From: Antedon mediterranea
Taxonomy: Eukaryota; Animalia; Echinodermata
Direction of reading: 5' to 3'
Assembly (NCBI RefSeq): GCF_964355755.1
Contig: NC_092672.1
Span: 27,224,437 to 27,288,436, forward strand
DNA length: 64,000 bases
Positions 1 through 12,261 of the stretch are shown here, one piece after another. The notes beneath the pieces were generated by a model. The model was given only the letters and a program-made list of their open reading frames with translations. It had not been told where the DNA came from and searched no databases. Numbering within the stretch: the first letter of the stretch is position 1; each line of letters starts with the position of its first letter. A program made the position numbers and the translations under genes.

Positions 1-925
1 TCTTGACTATTCTATTTAGGTCACGCTTTTCATTTTCGGTAGCGCTACCGAACCATACCGTTAAAGAATACGTTATTACACTCTCTATAACTGACCTATA
101 GAAGGACGACATTATTTCAGAGTTTATACCAAATGATTTAAGTCTACGTAGGAAGTAGATTCTTCTTTGGGCCTTTCTAATAATGTTACGTGTGTTAATA
201 TGCCACTTCAGATCATTTGAAATATAAATACCCAAGAATTTAAATTCTTCTACAAACTCAACTGATATACCATTAATAAATATTGGATATTTGACATTAA
301 GTGATTTACGGAAGTCTACAACCATTTCTTTAGTCTTAGATACATTCAAGAACAGATTGTTTTCGTTACACCAGTCTACAACTCGTTTAACTTGGTTGCG
401 ATAAATATACTCATCACTGTCATCATTGATTAGACCTACAATGGTAGTATCATCTGCAAATTTAGCGATATGACAGTTACTGTAGTAGGTAGCACAGTCA
501 TAGGTAAATAAAGTAAAAAGAAAGGGCGACAGTACACAGCCCTGTGGTACACCTGTATTTATAATACGCTTATCTGATATAATGGTACCCACTTTAGTAC
601 GTTGGGGTCGATCAGTTAAAAAGTTTAACACCCAGTTACATATAGAAATATCGAAACCGATTTCAACCATCTTAGTGTGTAACTTATACGGTACAATCGT
701 ATTAAATGCTGAACTAAAATCTATATATAAAATCCTTGCATATCTTTTATCACGTTCGAGATGCTCTAAGATCCTATGCAAAGTGATCGATACAGCATCT
801 TCGGTAGACCGGTTTGGTCTATAGGCGAACTGATATTGGTCAAGATCTCGAGGACACTTGGCCTTTAGGTAATTAAGGACTATATGTTCAAAGCATTTCA
901 TCAGAACCGATGTTAATGTTATAGG
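1..925 (-). mobile_element. Non-LTR retrotransposon reverse transcriptase fragment (Rex1/Babar-like), 5'-truncated, runs off the window start
   Basis: Minus-strand translation gives PITLTSVLMKCFE...QFAYRPNRSTEDA...YIDFSSAFNTI...TGVPQGCVLSPFLFTLFTYDC...KFADDTTIVGLI...WCNENNLFLNVSKTKEMVVDFR...FKFLGI...YFLRRLKSF, with no stop seen. The motif wording is typical of Rex1-clade RT. Confidence 0.9.
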
Positions 926-3900
926 TTAATTTATAACTTATTATTATGAATTAGATATTAATTTGTGCCTATCGAAGTGACATTTATGTTTTGATTTGTT
1001 TTGCTATTGTATATTTAGTTGTCACGCTATTTGTCAATTAGAGTCAATCAGTGTGTTTATTGAGTGAATAATCGTATTGTTATCTGTGAAATCTTTGTTG
1101 TGAGTACACAGTGAACTCGTGATAACATAAGTTGGTGAAGAGACCCAGTGAACTCTCGATAGCATAGTTTGTTGTGGGTGAAATAGCAAGCAACAGCACT
1201 GACTTTGATGCACACTGCCCTAAAATTTGTACTACAGGACTGTCGAAGACGACGAAAGTTACTCACCTTCGTCAATGACTGATAGCTCAAGCCAATAATA
1301 TTAGGGAAATCTGAAATATTGAGAAAACAAATTCAAACCAAGCGTTCATGGCAGTTTTTTATGCATTATCATTGTCATATGTGCGCGCCGATTGATTGGA
1401 ATAAGCTAATCCTTTTAAAGGCATATTCTCGATCACTGTTTGAGAAACCTCCCACTCCCTCCGCCCCTCCCCTATCCCTACATGGATTTTATCGGTGGTT
1501 GCGCCCAATGTGTCATATTTGTTTACTCGTACCATTCTCTCCGTTTTGACATAATAATTAATACACAACGTATACAATAATATACAAATAATAGTAAAAC
1601 TCTGACGTAATAGTTCAATAGTATGACTATTGGATATCAACCCACAATCCTGCAATCAAATGACAAGAGTCTATGCCGGTGTGCTGTAATAATATAACGA
1701 AACGTATGACAATTACGTGTATATATATTGTGTAATAATACAGATGCTAATTTTAATAAGACAAAAACAACAGCCATTTGGGTCCTAGGCATATATTTTA
1801 CAAATCTACAGATAAGCAAATTTATAGAAAATCACTGGACTTTGCCACATAGGTTAACCTGACCTCTGCTTTTAAAATGTTTGATTGCTTTCTATCTTTT
1901 CAACACAATCAACAAGTCTGACAATTTCACCAGGTATGTATAATTTATATTGCGTTAAGTTTACGTAGTCAATAATCTTATTCTGTTACATAGGCGCGGG
2001 TCGAATGTAAATATGATAACGAACTATACTAATTATTCCCCGCTAAAATGTTCATATCTGTGCTAAAAGCAGAACAATTTTGTACCACCAAAGTTCATCA
2101 GGACGACGATGGCGAAACGATGGCTAGTAACTCTCCTTTCCTTCAATGACGGATAGCTCAAGCCACTAATGTCTCGAGGGTACAGGGAAGGGGTTGGGGT
2201 CCTGATCTCTAAAATAATTGAACTGTGATGGCATTTTTGTTTTTTTCTATCTGTCTATTTCTATGTGCGCGTAATGGAATGGCAGATTTGATCTTTTTTT
2301 CATTTTACATGTTTTCTTGTTCCTTTTTTGCTTATTTTTGAAATTAATACCCAATTTTTGTAATTACGCCCAAGTTAGCTCAGCCATGCGTCAACTCGGT
2401 CACAAACTAATCGATCAACTCGGCTCTAACATGGTATGAAACTCAAATGGCCTATAAATGTCAATGTAAAAAATATTGTGTATTGCGATGACTAAAATTG
2501 AACTTTGGAAATCCTGGAAAAAAATGTTTATAAATGTAATGGAAAAGTTGTGCAAAAATTAGAAGTAGACTTATATGTATACTAAAAACATAAACTGTGT
2601 AATCTTTTACTTTATCACAGTGGTTAATTTTCCCGATTTATTTTTGTATATTCATGACTGCATAGATTATCAAAGCAACTTGTAGATTGTCTTGGATATG
2701 TCTGCTTCACAAAATAGATTCTGAATTTGATGACGTAATGAGAATATAAGAGCATTCAAAATCGAATTATTTTGTACCAAAATAATGCAATTTCTTTAAA
2801 TAATAATTTCGACAATTGCTCTAAATTTAATGTATAGCAGCAGGGTATGAAACAAAAACGTATGTCGTATTCATAAAATCTGCCATTTTCTTAGCAAATA
2901 TAATCTCTATAAATTTCTTATAATAACGTATGAACGAAAGTTCAAAAGTGCTGGTATACTGAATGGTCTATCCAGGGTACAAAATCCCAAAAATCCTAAA
3001 TTAAGTACAGTTACTGTAATTCGTTTGTAATTGCTATAAATTCGGAATAGGCTAGGCCTAGGCCACATATTATTTTGTTAGATTGGTAAACGAATGATTT
3101 GTTTTCTTTTTCAAAAACAGAAAATTGTTGGAATGTTTGGGGGAGCAGATAGAGAGAAACGCCATGGAACTCTAAGAGCCTAACCCCACATCAGTAGACA
3201 AACATGTTTAAAAAGTACTTTTAAACGATCGTTCGTCAATCTTCTTCCACTGGTTAACATTAATTGGAACAACAAATAACTTTGGTAAACGTATTACTGA
3301 ACTATTGTTACCAACATAGGCTAAGAAATTATTTCAGTCCACATCTTTATTTTATATTTCTTTTATTGTATTACTATCATTGTTGTGTAGTAAAGATTCG
3401 TAATTCAGTGCAACTAAATTTACCGATTCAACATCTGTAATATTTTTATTGCCTTCACAATTTACAATTTCCACTATTAAACATGTTTTACAGTAACAAT
3501 GAATACGTTCTTGACAAGCTTTTAATGCCCCTACTACAGAAGGGTGCCATCTCCATTTTCTATTTTCTTCCCCCGATTCATTATTATTCATTTTGCCCTC
3601 TTTGTAACAGTGAATTTTTTTTCATGCAATATTAGTTTTTGGTTAATTCTTCTAACAGATATAATTTCTTACTTTTAAGTATCAATGGCAGGACATACAG
3701 ATACATTAGCAGTTTGATTTTTCAATCAATGATTGGGAAAATAAGATGTTTGGAAATTATTATGCCGATTCAATATTTTAATATTGAATTGGCATATTAA
3801 ATTAAAATAGCTACAAATTGTTGATAATTTTGTTTTATTTTTAATTAAATTCAAACTAAATAATGAGGATGACAATTACTTATGTAATGTTATTTTAAAA

Positions 3901-3941
3901 ACTCACTCTTCTTATGTTTGCAGGAAACAGAAAGTGCTTAA

Positions 3942-6900
3942 ATGGCAGCGTCTGAAACTAATCCAGAGTTCACCAAATTGAAGTCTGATGTCAGCAGATA
4001 CTTTGGCGGTAACAGGTTGCTTTGGTTGAAGTTTATCTTATTCGACCACATACCTATCGGAGACCTTACAGAACCAAATGCCATTGGAAATGATCTATTT
4101 AATCATCTCGAAGACATTGGTGTTATCGCACCTAATAATGTTAACCTTTTATTAGAGATTTCCAAATTATGTAAATTAAAGAAAGCTGAAGATTGTGTAG
4201 TCCAGTATATTAGAGACAATAATACTGAAAATACCGATAAAGACAAAATATCCTCAGAGAGAAAACAAATGTTTAAAGATTTGCGAAATGTTGGACCGGA
4301 TGCGTTAAAGCGGGTTATCTCTTATTATAATCTGGCAATGTACGATTACACCAACATTTGGGATGTAACATTCAGATTGGAAACTGGCCAACGTTTGTCG
4401 AAAGAACCAGACAAGAAAGATGTATTTCATGATCTTCTTCGACAAATTGTACATCATAGTGGTAAAGTTATTTCAACTATTAAAACTTGTCTTTTTCATA
4501 AAATTATTTAAAACCCTTCAACTAAATTTATTATTACACAAGATTGTTTTTATTTTATATTTTAATCATATTATTATTTTTCTTGGGATATTAATATTTT
4601 TTTAATGTTTATAGAACGAGGTGGGTATGAACTTAACGATGGTAAAGAATCATGCTGTAATCGACGACCAGGAGGTAAATATGAATTGATGTTAACGAAT
4701 CTTTTTAAAATTGTTCATTTATCAATAATTAATTTTCAAAGTTTATCAGAATACTGAAGCAAAAAAAAAGATGTATTTTACCACCCGGCTTTTACAGCCA
4801 GTTTTACATTGATAAAAATAAACCAACCTGCAGTGTATGCATATAAAACTAGTCATATTATTAAATTTTAATCTTCAGACCATCGCAATTAATAATATTA
4901 CGGTTTTGTTTTGTTAGGAAATAGCAAGCGTGATGATAGTTCCAAACGTCTAAGAGAAGGTAAAAAAAGAAACACTACTAACCATTTAATAATCTGAATA
5001 CTAATTTTAATTGACAGTAATCCAAGAAGTCAAATATTAACCTATATATTAGCACAGTATTATATAGGATCTATGGGATCCTATAGGATCTCATAGAAAC
5101 CAATTGACTGACTATAGAATCCAAACAATCCTAAAAAAAACATTTTTACTAGGTTTAACCTACAGTAGAATATTTTTGTATGGCTGTATAATTATTAAAA
5201 CGTATTAAACATTAAAATATTTATATTATTTTTATAGGATCTTATAGAATCTTAACCTATTATGTAGAACATTTTAGCAGCTTAACCTAAAATAATTCTG
5301 TATAACTATTAAAACGTATTCAATCTATTACATTCCTATATATTGTTCACTTATTTGGTTTCTGTACACATTTTCCTGTAACACTTCGAGATGAAAACCA
5401 TAGTATGTATACTTCTTATGACCCCTTTGACTTAAATTTTGATGCTTGTTGTCAAATGCCGAAACACAGCAACCTCTTGTCTCGGTTACATTTGGATTCT
5501 GTAATAGTTTTAGAGATATTAGATCTCGCATTTTGACACATAAGTCATTTTAATGTACAGTAACTTGTCAAAGACTGATAATTTGTTTTCAATTGGTATT
5601 GTTTTTGCTTCTTCATGTAAATTTAAAATCAAGAAACAACAAACTTCCCACTGCAATCAATTTAGTTTTAACAATAACACCCTTAGTTTCATTTTGTCTA
5701 TTTTTTGCGTTATCATGGACTGCAAAAACCTATGTTAATTTAAGAAAAACATACGTAATTGCATTTTTCATAATATTGCATAATAATGTTTTTTAAATTA
5801 TTATTTATGTAATTTGTTGTGTCCTGTATTTCATTTACTTTTTCTTTTATCTTACAGAAAAAATAGAGGTATATCTGCTAAGTAAACAAGAAACATTTCT
5901 GCAGAATGCAAAAACTTTTACACCAGCAACATGGCATAAATCATACCAAATCGATATTTCTGAACTATTCACAGAGTTGGACCTACTCAAAGGAAATACA
6001 AAAACGAAGGAGAGTGATACAATGACATTAAAAGATGTGTTAACAACCATCAAATCCACACCTGCGTGCAAAGTCATTATAGATGGTGAAGGTGGTATAG
6101 GTAAAACGACACTATTAAGGTACATAGCATACAATGCGGCTACAGATAAATTATTTGATGTGTTTGAAGGTAAAATTGTCTTTTTGTTAAAACTAAGAGA
6201 TTTAGAGAAAGGGAAGGGAATCTTAGATCTTATGGTAGATCAACTCAATATGGAAGAATTTGACTTAGAAACAGATCTTGGAGAAGATTCAAAAGTAATA
6301 AAAAAATTCATATTAAAACATACTAACAAAATTGTGTTGTTGTTAGATGGATTAGATGAATTAAGATTTGAGAATAAAGATTTTATTCGTCTTTTCAAAA
6401 GGGAAAAATTAAAAAATAGTGTAGTGATACTGACCTCGCGAACAGAAAACATAGATGAATTCATAAATGCTTGTGATGTACATGTAAGAGTAAATGGATT
6501 CCAAGAATGTAACATTGGAAAGTATATTGACAATCACTTTGTGCATTTTGAAAAACCTGACCTGGGAAAATCGCTTAGAAAAGAGCTTGGTATAATATAT
6601 GATAACATGGCGGTACGGCCTACGTATATTATGCCTAATTGGTTTCATAAACATAAAGAATTGCGTTCAATGTGCAAAAATCCAATGTTACTTCTCACAA
6701 TTTGTGTTATGTGGCAAGACAACCAAAATCTTCCTCTGGATAAATCTGATCTTTTTAAAGAAATGTTTCGTGGTATTTTAAATCAGTTCATTAAAAAACA
6801 ACAACAACACAATTTTATTTCTAAATTGAATGACGCTCCAATGGAGTATGTAAATGCTATGATTTGTTTAGGGAAATGCATGTACCATAGCTTAAAACAA

Positions 6901-9480
6901 AATCAACTTTCAATAAACAAAATAAATATTCCAGGTGACAAAAGTATGATTGATATGGCCTTGAAACTTGGTTTTGTTTATGAAGATGCACCAATTTCAA
7001 TGTCTAGCTTTGAGGAGAATTATATGTCTCCACACAAGTTAATAGTTGAGTCATTGGTGGGATTTTATTTATACAAACTGTGTGAGAGTGAAGGTATGGA
7101 AAAAAAATGCAGCCACGTAAATCCATTACTTGCGCAATTGGATGAAAAAGAATGGAAAGAAATTCGAGAAAGTGAGTATTTAAAAAATACAAGAGAGTTT
7201 GCAATTGGGTTCCTTGGAGCTGATGCTGGTAAATTCTTAAATCATTGGATTACAAATGATTTGGCAGCATATCGATCTCTTGATAATTACTTGGGATTGG
7301 TGAAACAACATCATCTGGATAATGTTGAAAAAACATTGATTAATCACATAGCTAATACAACCTTAGAAATAAAAGAACATCTGAAAGAAATTTCAAATTC
7401 ATTAGGAATGTTTATTAAACATATAAGCAAAGATGACAAAGTTGATGAACATTTTATAGATATTTTGAGAAAATTTCATAAAAATAATTGTTCCTACCGT
7501 TTTACTGTAGATTTACGGAGTTATTTAAATGCAATATCACCTGATTTTAAAAGAATGGCTCTTACACACATATTATGTATTTCAACGTTTCATCAAGGTG
7601 ACGTTGAACTTGACATGCATGATTGTAATCTATCAGGTGCTGCAATGAATGCTATGAGTAGAGAGTGTTCTAATAATGGAGTTCAGTTGATATTTAATTA
7701 CTTCAATATCAGTGGCAATAATCTTAATGACATTGATGGTACTTTACTGGGTTCTTTATTGTGTATGATGACCAGACTGCGTAGCATTGACGTGCATGAT
7801 TGTAATCTATCAGGTGCTGTAATGAATGCTATGAGTAGAGAGTGTTCTAATAATGGAGTTATGTTAAACTTAATCCGATTCGATGTCAGTGGTAATAATC
7901 TTAGTGACATTGATGGTGCTTTACTGGGTTCTTTATTGAGTATAATGGATAGGCAAGGTACATTTGACATGCATGATTGTAATCTATCAGGTGCTGCAAT
8001 AAATACTATGATGATTGAGATTTCTAATAAAGGTGATAAGTTGAAATTAACTTCCTTTAATATCAGTGGTAATAACCTTAGTGACATTGATGGTACTTTA
8101 CTGGGCTCTTTTGTAAGTACGAAGACTTGGGAGTGGCACACACTTGATATGCATAATTGTAATCTATCAGGTGCTGTAATAAATAATATGAGTAGAGAGT
8201 TTTCTAATAGAGGACATCAGTTGAAATTAAATCACTTCAACGTCAGTGGTAATAATCTAAGTGATATAGATGGTACTTTACTGGGTTCTTTATTGAGAAA
8301 TATAACTTGGGGTACACTTGACATGCATAATTGTAATCTATCAGGTGTTGTAATGAATACTATGAGCAGAGAGGTTTATAATAAAGGAGTTCAGTTGGAT
8401 TTAGATCACTTCAATATAAGTGGTAATAATCTTAGTGACCTTGATGGTGCTTTACTGGGTTCTTTATTGGGTATGATGATTGATCAAGGTTATTCTGATG
8501 ATGTGCAGCTTACACTTGACGTGCATGATTGTAATCTATCAGGTGATGTAATGAATGCTATGAGTAGATATTTTATAAAGAATGAAGTTATGTTGGAATT
8601 AGATCACTTCAATATCAGTGGTAATAATCTTAGTGATATTGATGGTACTTTACTGGGTACTGTATTGCATGATTGTAAACTATCAGGTGCTGTAATGAAT
8701 ACTATGAGTAAAGAGTTTTCTTATTATAGAGTTATGGAATTCATTTGCTTCGATGTCAGTGGTAATAATTTAAGTAGCATTGATGGTACTTTACTAAGTT
8801 CTTTATTGGAAAACATAACTTATAATAGTACACTTGACATGCATGACTGTAATCTATCAGGTGCTGCAATGAATGCCATGAGTAGAGAGCTTTCTAATGC
8901 ATGTTCTGAGTTGAGATTAATTCACGTCAATATCAGTGGTAATAATCTTAGTGACATTGATGGTACTTTAATGGGTTCTTTATTACTTAACATGCCTTGG
9001 TTGCGTACACTAGATATGCATGATTGTAATCTATCAGGTGCTGTAATGAATGCTATGAGTAGAAAGGTTTATAATGAAAGATATACGTTAAACTTAATTC
9101 GCTTCGATGTCAGTGGTAATAATCTTAGTGATATTGATGGTGCTTTACTTGGTTATTATTTGAATAATATGATTACTTGTGATTATGACGGAGATGAAGA
9201 TTACACGCTTACACTTGAAATGCAAAATTGTAATCTGTTAGGTAATGTAATAAATGCTATGGTTAGAGAGTTTTCTGCTAAAGGAGTTATATTTGGTTTA
9301 CATATGCTTAATATCAGTGGTAATAATCTTAGTGATATTGATGGTGCTTTACTGCGTTCCTTACTAATTATGACACCTACACTGATGAGGCTTAAGATGC
9401 ATGATTGTTGTTTATCAGATGATGTGATTAATGCTGTATCGAGAGAGTGTTCAAAAGCAGGAGTAAATTTTTTGGCATAA
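3942..9480 (+). CDS. NLR (tandem DED - NACHT - LRR), ~1414 aa; exons 3942-4461, 4615-4674, 4918-4959, 5858-9480
   Basis: The ATG at 3942 is directly preceded by an in-frame TAA, with a splice acceptor at 3923. All introns are GT-AG and phase 1, and the exons total 4245 nt in one frame. Walker A GEGGIGKT, Walker B LLLDGLDEL, sensor-1 VILTSR, and NPMLL..IC..W are present, followed by C-terminal RI-like LRRs. The N-terminal exon looks like a death-effector-domain pair. Confidence 0.9.
7600..9480 (+). repeat. Coding tandem repeat: ~10.5 units of ~177 nt (~59 aa, two alternating LRRs)
   Basis: LDMHDCNLSGAVMNAMSRE recurs 11 times and FNISGNNLSDIDGTLLGSLL 10 times. The nucleotide cores (catgattgtaatctatcaggtg, atcagtggtaataatcttagtgacattgatggt) are nearly identical. 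Confidence 0.95.
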
Positions 9481-10084
9481 ATACACACAATATCAGTGGC
9501 AAAAGGATGTGACAGACATTGTAATCTACTGGGTTAGTTGATTAATCCTCTCCAACTCAATCGTTCTGCCATAACAATTCTAAGTTGTGTGGACGACAAC
9601 AACCCATTAAAACAAGAAATAAAAGATAAAAATTACTGTAAGCCAAAAAAATTAAAGTCCGCCATAGACGATCTAGTCGAATGAGTCCCTCATTGGAATG
9701 ACTGCAGTTTTACATGCGTTTCACTGGAGAACCACTATATGTACAGTAATCATTATCTTGATATTATTTGTAATTTATCAGGGCTTTGTTCCAATATCTT
9801 TTATTTCAAAAGCAATAATGTGAAATTGGACCTATAACGTAGAATAACAATTCCTATTATGCTAGTGATTATTCCTCATTTGTCCATGAAGTTAACCAGA
9901 GTTTTAATACAGAGTTTTAGTGGAGAAACACTGTATATATTGTCTTCATACAGAATTTATCATTTATGCGTAATTTATCAGGGCATTGTGTCTCACTATC
10001 ATTTTATTTTAAAATCAAATTACATTTAAACGAATTTGACTAGATTTACTATTTGATATAATTCTTCCCAATGTGTTATTGGAA

Positions 10085-11010
10085 TTTATATAACACCTAT
10101 ATAAATTCCTGTCATTTGATTGGACGAATGTGGGTCACATGGCGTGCAATAGTACGCACTATTCAACGATCGTTAAATAGTACTTTTTGAAACATTTTTG
10201 TGTACGAAAAAAAAAACGTCTCGCGGATGAAAAAAAATCTAGTACACAAATTATCCTATATGATATGGCTATGTACTGTGAAATACAACAGCGCCACCTG
10301 TCGTCTGGTCTCAGTTTCATTTGTAAACACCACCGCGAGATATGCAACAGCAGCAGATATTTGTGTACGATTTGGACATTATGTACTAATTTCATTCAAA
10401 AAGGCATTTAAATTAGCTTTAGATCGTTTTTAGGATTTTGATTAATTAATGGGGACATCCCTACAAGACGTGGAATTGTTGGAAAAACCATAATTAGCTT
10501 AGATAAGTTCCAATTGTCTGTCGAAGTTTTGCCTTTCAGCCAAGCTAGTACTAGGCTACTAGACCTAGCCTAGGCCATGCTAGTATTTAGGCTAGGCCTA
10601 GCCTAGGCGTTTTAGCCTTGCTAGGCCTAGGATTGTTTGGTCGTTTGTTGACATAATTAACACAAAAGTAGGTGTGTTTACGAAATCCATATAAATATAA
10701 CATTTAATATAACATTATTAAAAACCAAATGTTACTGTTTTTAATCAATGTGTGTGAATGAAATGTAGTAAGCTTTGGCTAGGGTAGGGCTACCTTTTAT
10801 TTGATTCAAATAACTAGAATTTATTTAGATGTTATATAAAACAAATAATGAATGTTTTGTATTCGTGTAATGGTACAAATAATGGCACTTGGTGAATGAT
10901 GAAAGTTTATATCAACTCGGCTTTGCCTCGTTGATATAACCTTTCATCATTCACCTCGTGCCATTATTTGTACCATTACACTCATAAACATTCATTATTT
11001 GTATAATAAC
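10085..11010. mobile_element. Non-autonomous repeat ending in a long hairpin (arms ~10841-10917 / 10930-11002, loop ctcggctttgcctcg)
   Basis: acaaataatgaatgttt...gtaatggtacaaataatggcac...gaatgatgaaag pairs with ctttcatcattcac...gtgccattatttgtaccattac...aaacattcattatttgt. A related degenerate copy lies at ~46230-46385. The left boundary is approximate. Confidence 0.6.
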
Positions 11011-11556
11011 TCATAATGTTATAAAATAGTGGTCGGACTATATAATGTAAACACACTAATTCCTGAAAAAAAACTTTGTCTTTGAACAAGAAAAGTATCG
11101 CACTAATGGTATTTTATAATTTTTTATCTTTAATATTTTGTGTACAAAGTAAGTTTCGAGTAAGAAAAACAATTAACTGTTTCTTGCATATTATTGCATT
11201 TATTATTCGTTTACATATAGATCTGTATTAGTAGTATATAAATAGTATAGTATTGGAATCATTTTGCATTTACTTTCGATGCTTACTTGGATTAGAAAAC
11301 TGAAAGTATTAAACTAATATTTCAACAGAAGAACTAATTAAAGTTATTTTTATTTTAAAATAATCTGTTAGTATAACACATGTTAATTATTGACTGCTAG
11401 TAAACTATTAGTCTATAATGTGAACAACACATTTTAAGAGTAGTAAGGTATGAATGGTATTTAAAATATATTTAAGGTTTCAAGGCCGACCATATAAAAT
11501 TGATTTACGAGTTTTGACTCAAGATGTTTACTTGGATTAGAACACTGACAGTATTA

Positions 11557-12261
11557 GGGCCTGTTCGTAGGGGTTGAAAATACCAGCTTATTCCCGATTT
11601 CCGTTCGCGTGGCCCAATTAACTTTTGCCTCAGGCTACAAAAAATTCGAGGTAAAATGTTCACCAAATTTGCAGGTTATTTCAGCGATAATCCAATTATA
11701 CTCGGCCTTCGAGGATAATAAATCTCCGATAGAGGCAATGTGTCAAATTTTGACAAACGTTTGCTGCCTAGGCCAGTCATTTCTCCTACGAAGCTCTTCC
11801 ATACACGCTTCGAGAGCGATCGTGAGCTGGTGCTGTCCTTGTTGGTGTAGACCGTTTAGGAATACACCCCGTTTAGTAGTAGGCCTAGCTGGTCGGTGGT
11901 GTTTCCGTCAAATTCTTCGCCAATGAGTAAAATAATGGTCGTCAGGAGAAGGCATATTTCGGCAGGATTATCGGCGTTAAGAGGCATAAGGTTTGTCGCA
12001 AGGATAAGCAGTGTAAAAGGTAGCAAGTAATTGTTATTGTAAAGAAAGATCGCGAGTAAAAAATATACAACACGAAACTAGCGTGCGAAAATGGGGTCGT
12101 AGGTTGTAAAGACAACTGACCTTAAAACGTAATTTCCGGTTTGTGATTCGTCGATTAAGCATTTAAGCGGTTAAATATTTCAAGTACGAACAACGCTCAA
12201 TTTATAACCCGAGGCATGGGTGAAATTAAGCGCTTATTTTAACCACCGTACGAACACGACC
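11557..12261. mobile_element. PIF/Harbinger-like non-autonomous DNA transposon with TTA target-site duplication
   Basis: TIRs gggcctgttcgta / tacgaacacgacc, with TTA at 11554-11556 and 12262-12264. An upstream duplicate of the flank (~11285-11335) lacks the insertion. Confidence 0.8.

Noticed and set aside
5977-9480. Stand-alone 1167-aa ORF starting at 5977
   Set aside because: The listed start is a TTG inside an exon that begins at the acceptor at 5857/5858. It is the last exon of the spliced NLR.
7698-9488. Antisense ORFs over the LRR region (and 19907-20363 over the 39-bp repeat)
   Set aside because: Shadow frames of repetitive coding sequence.
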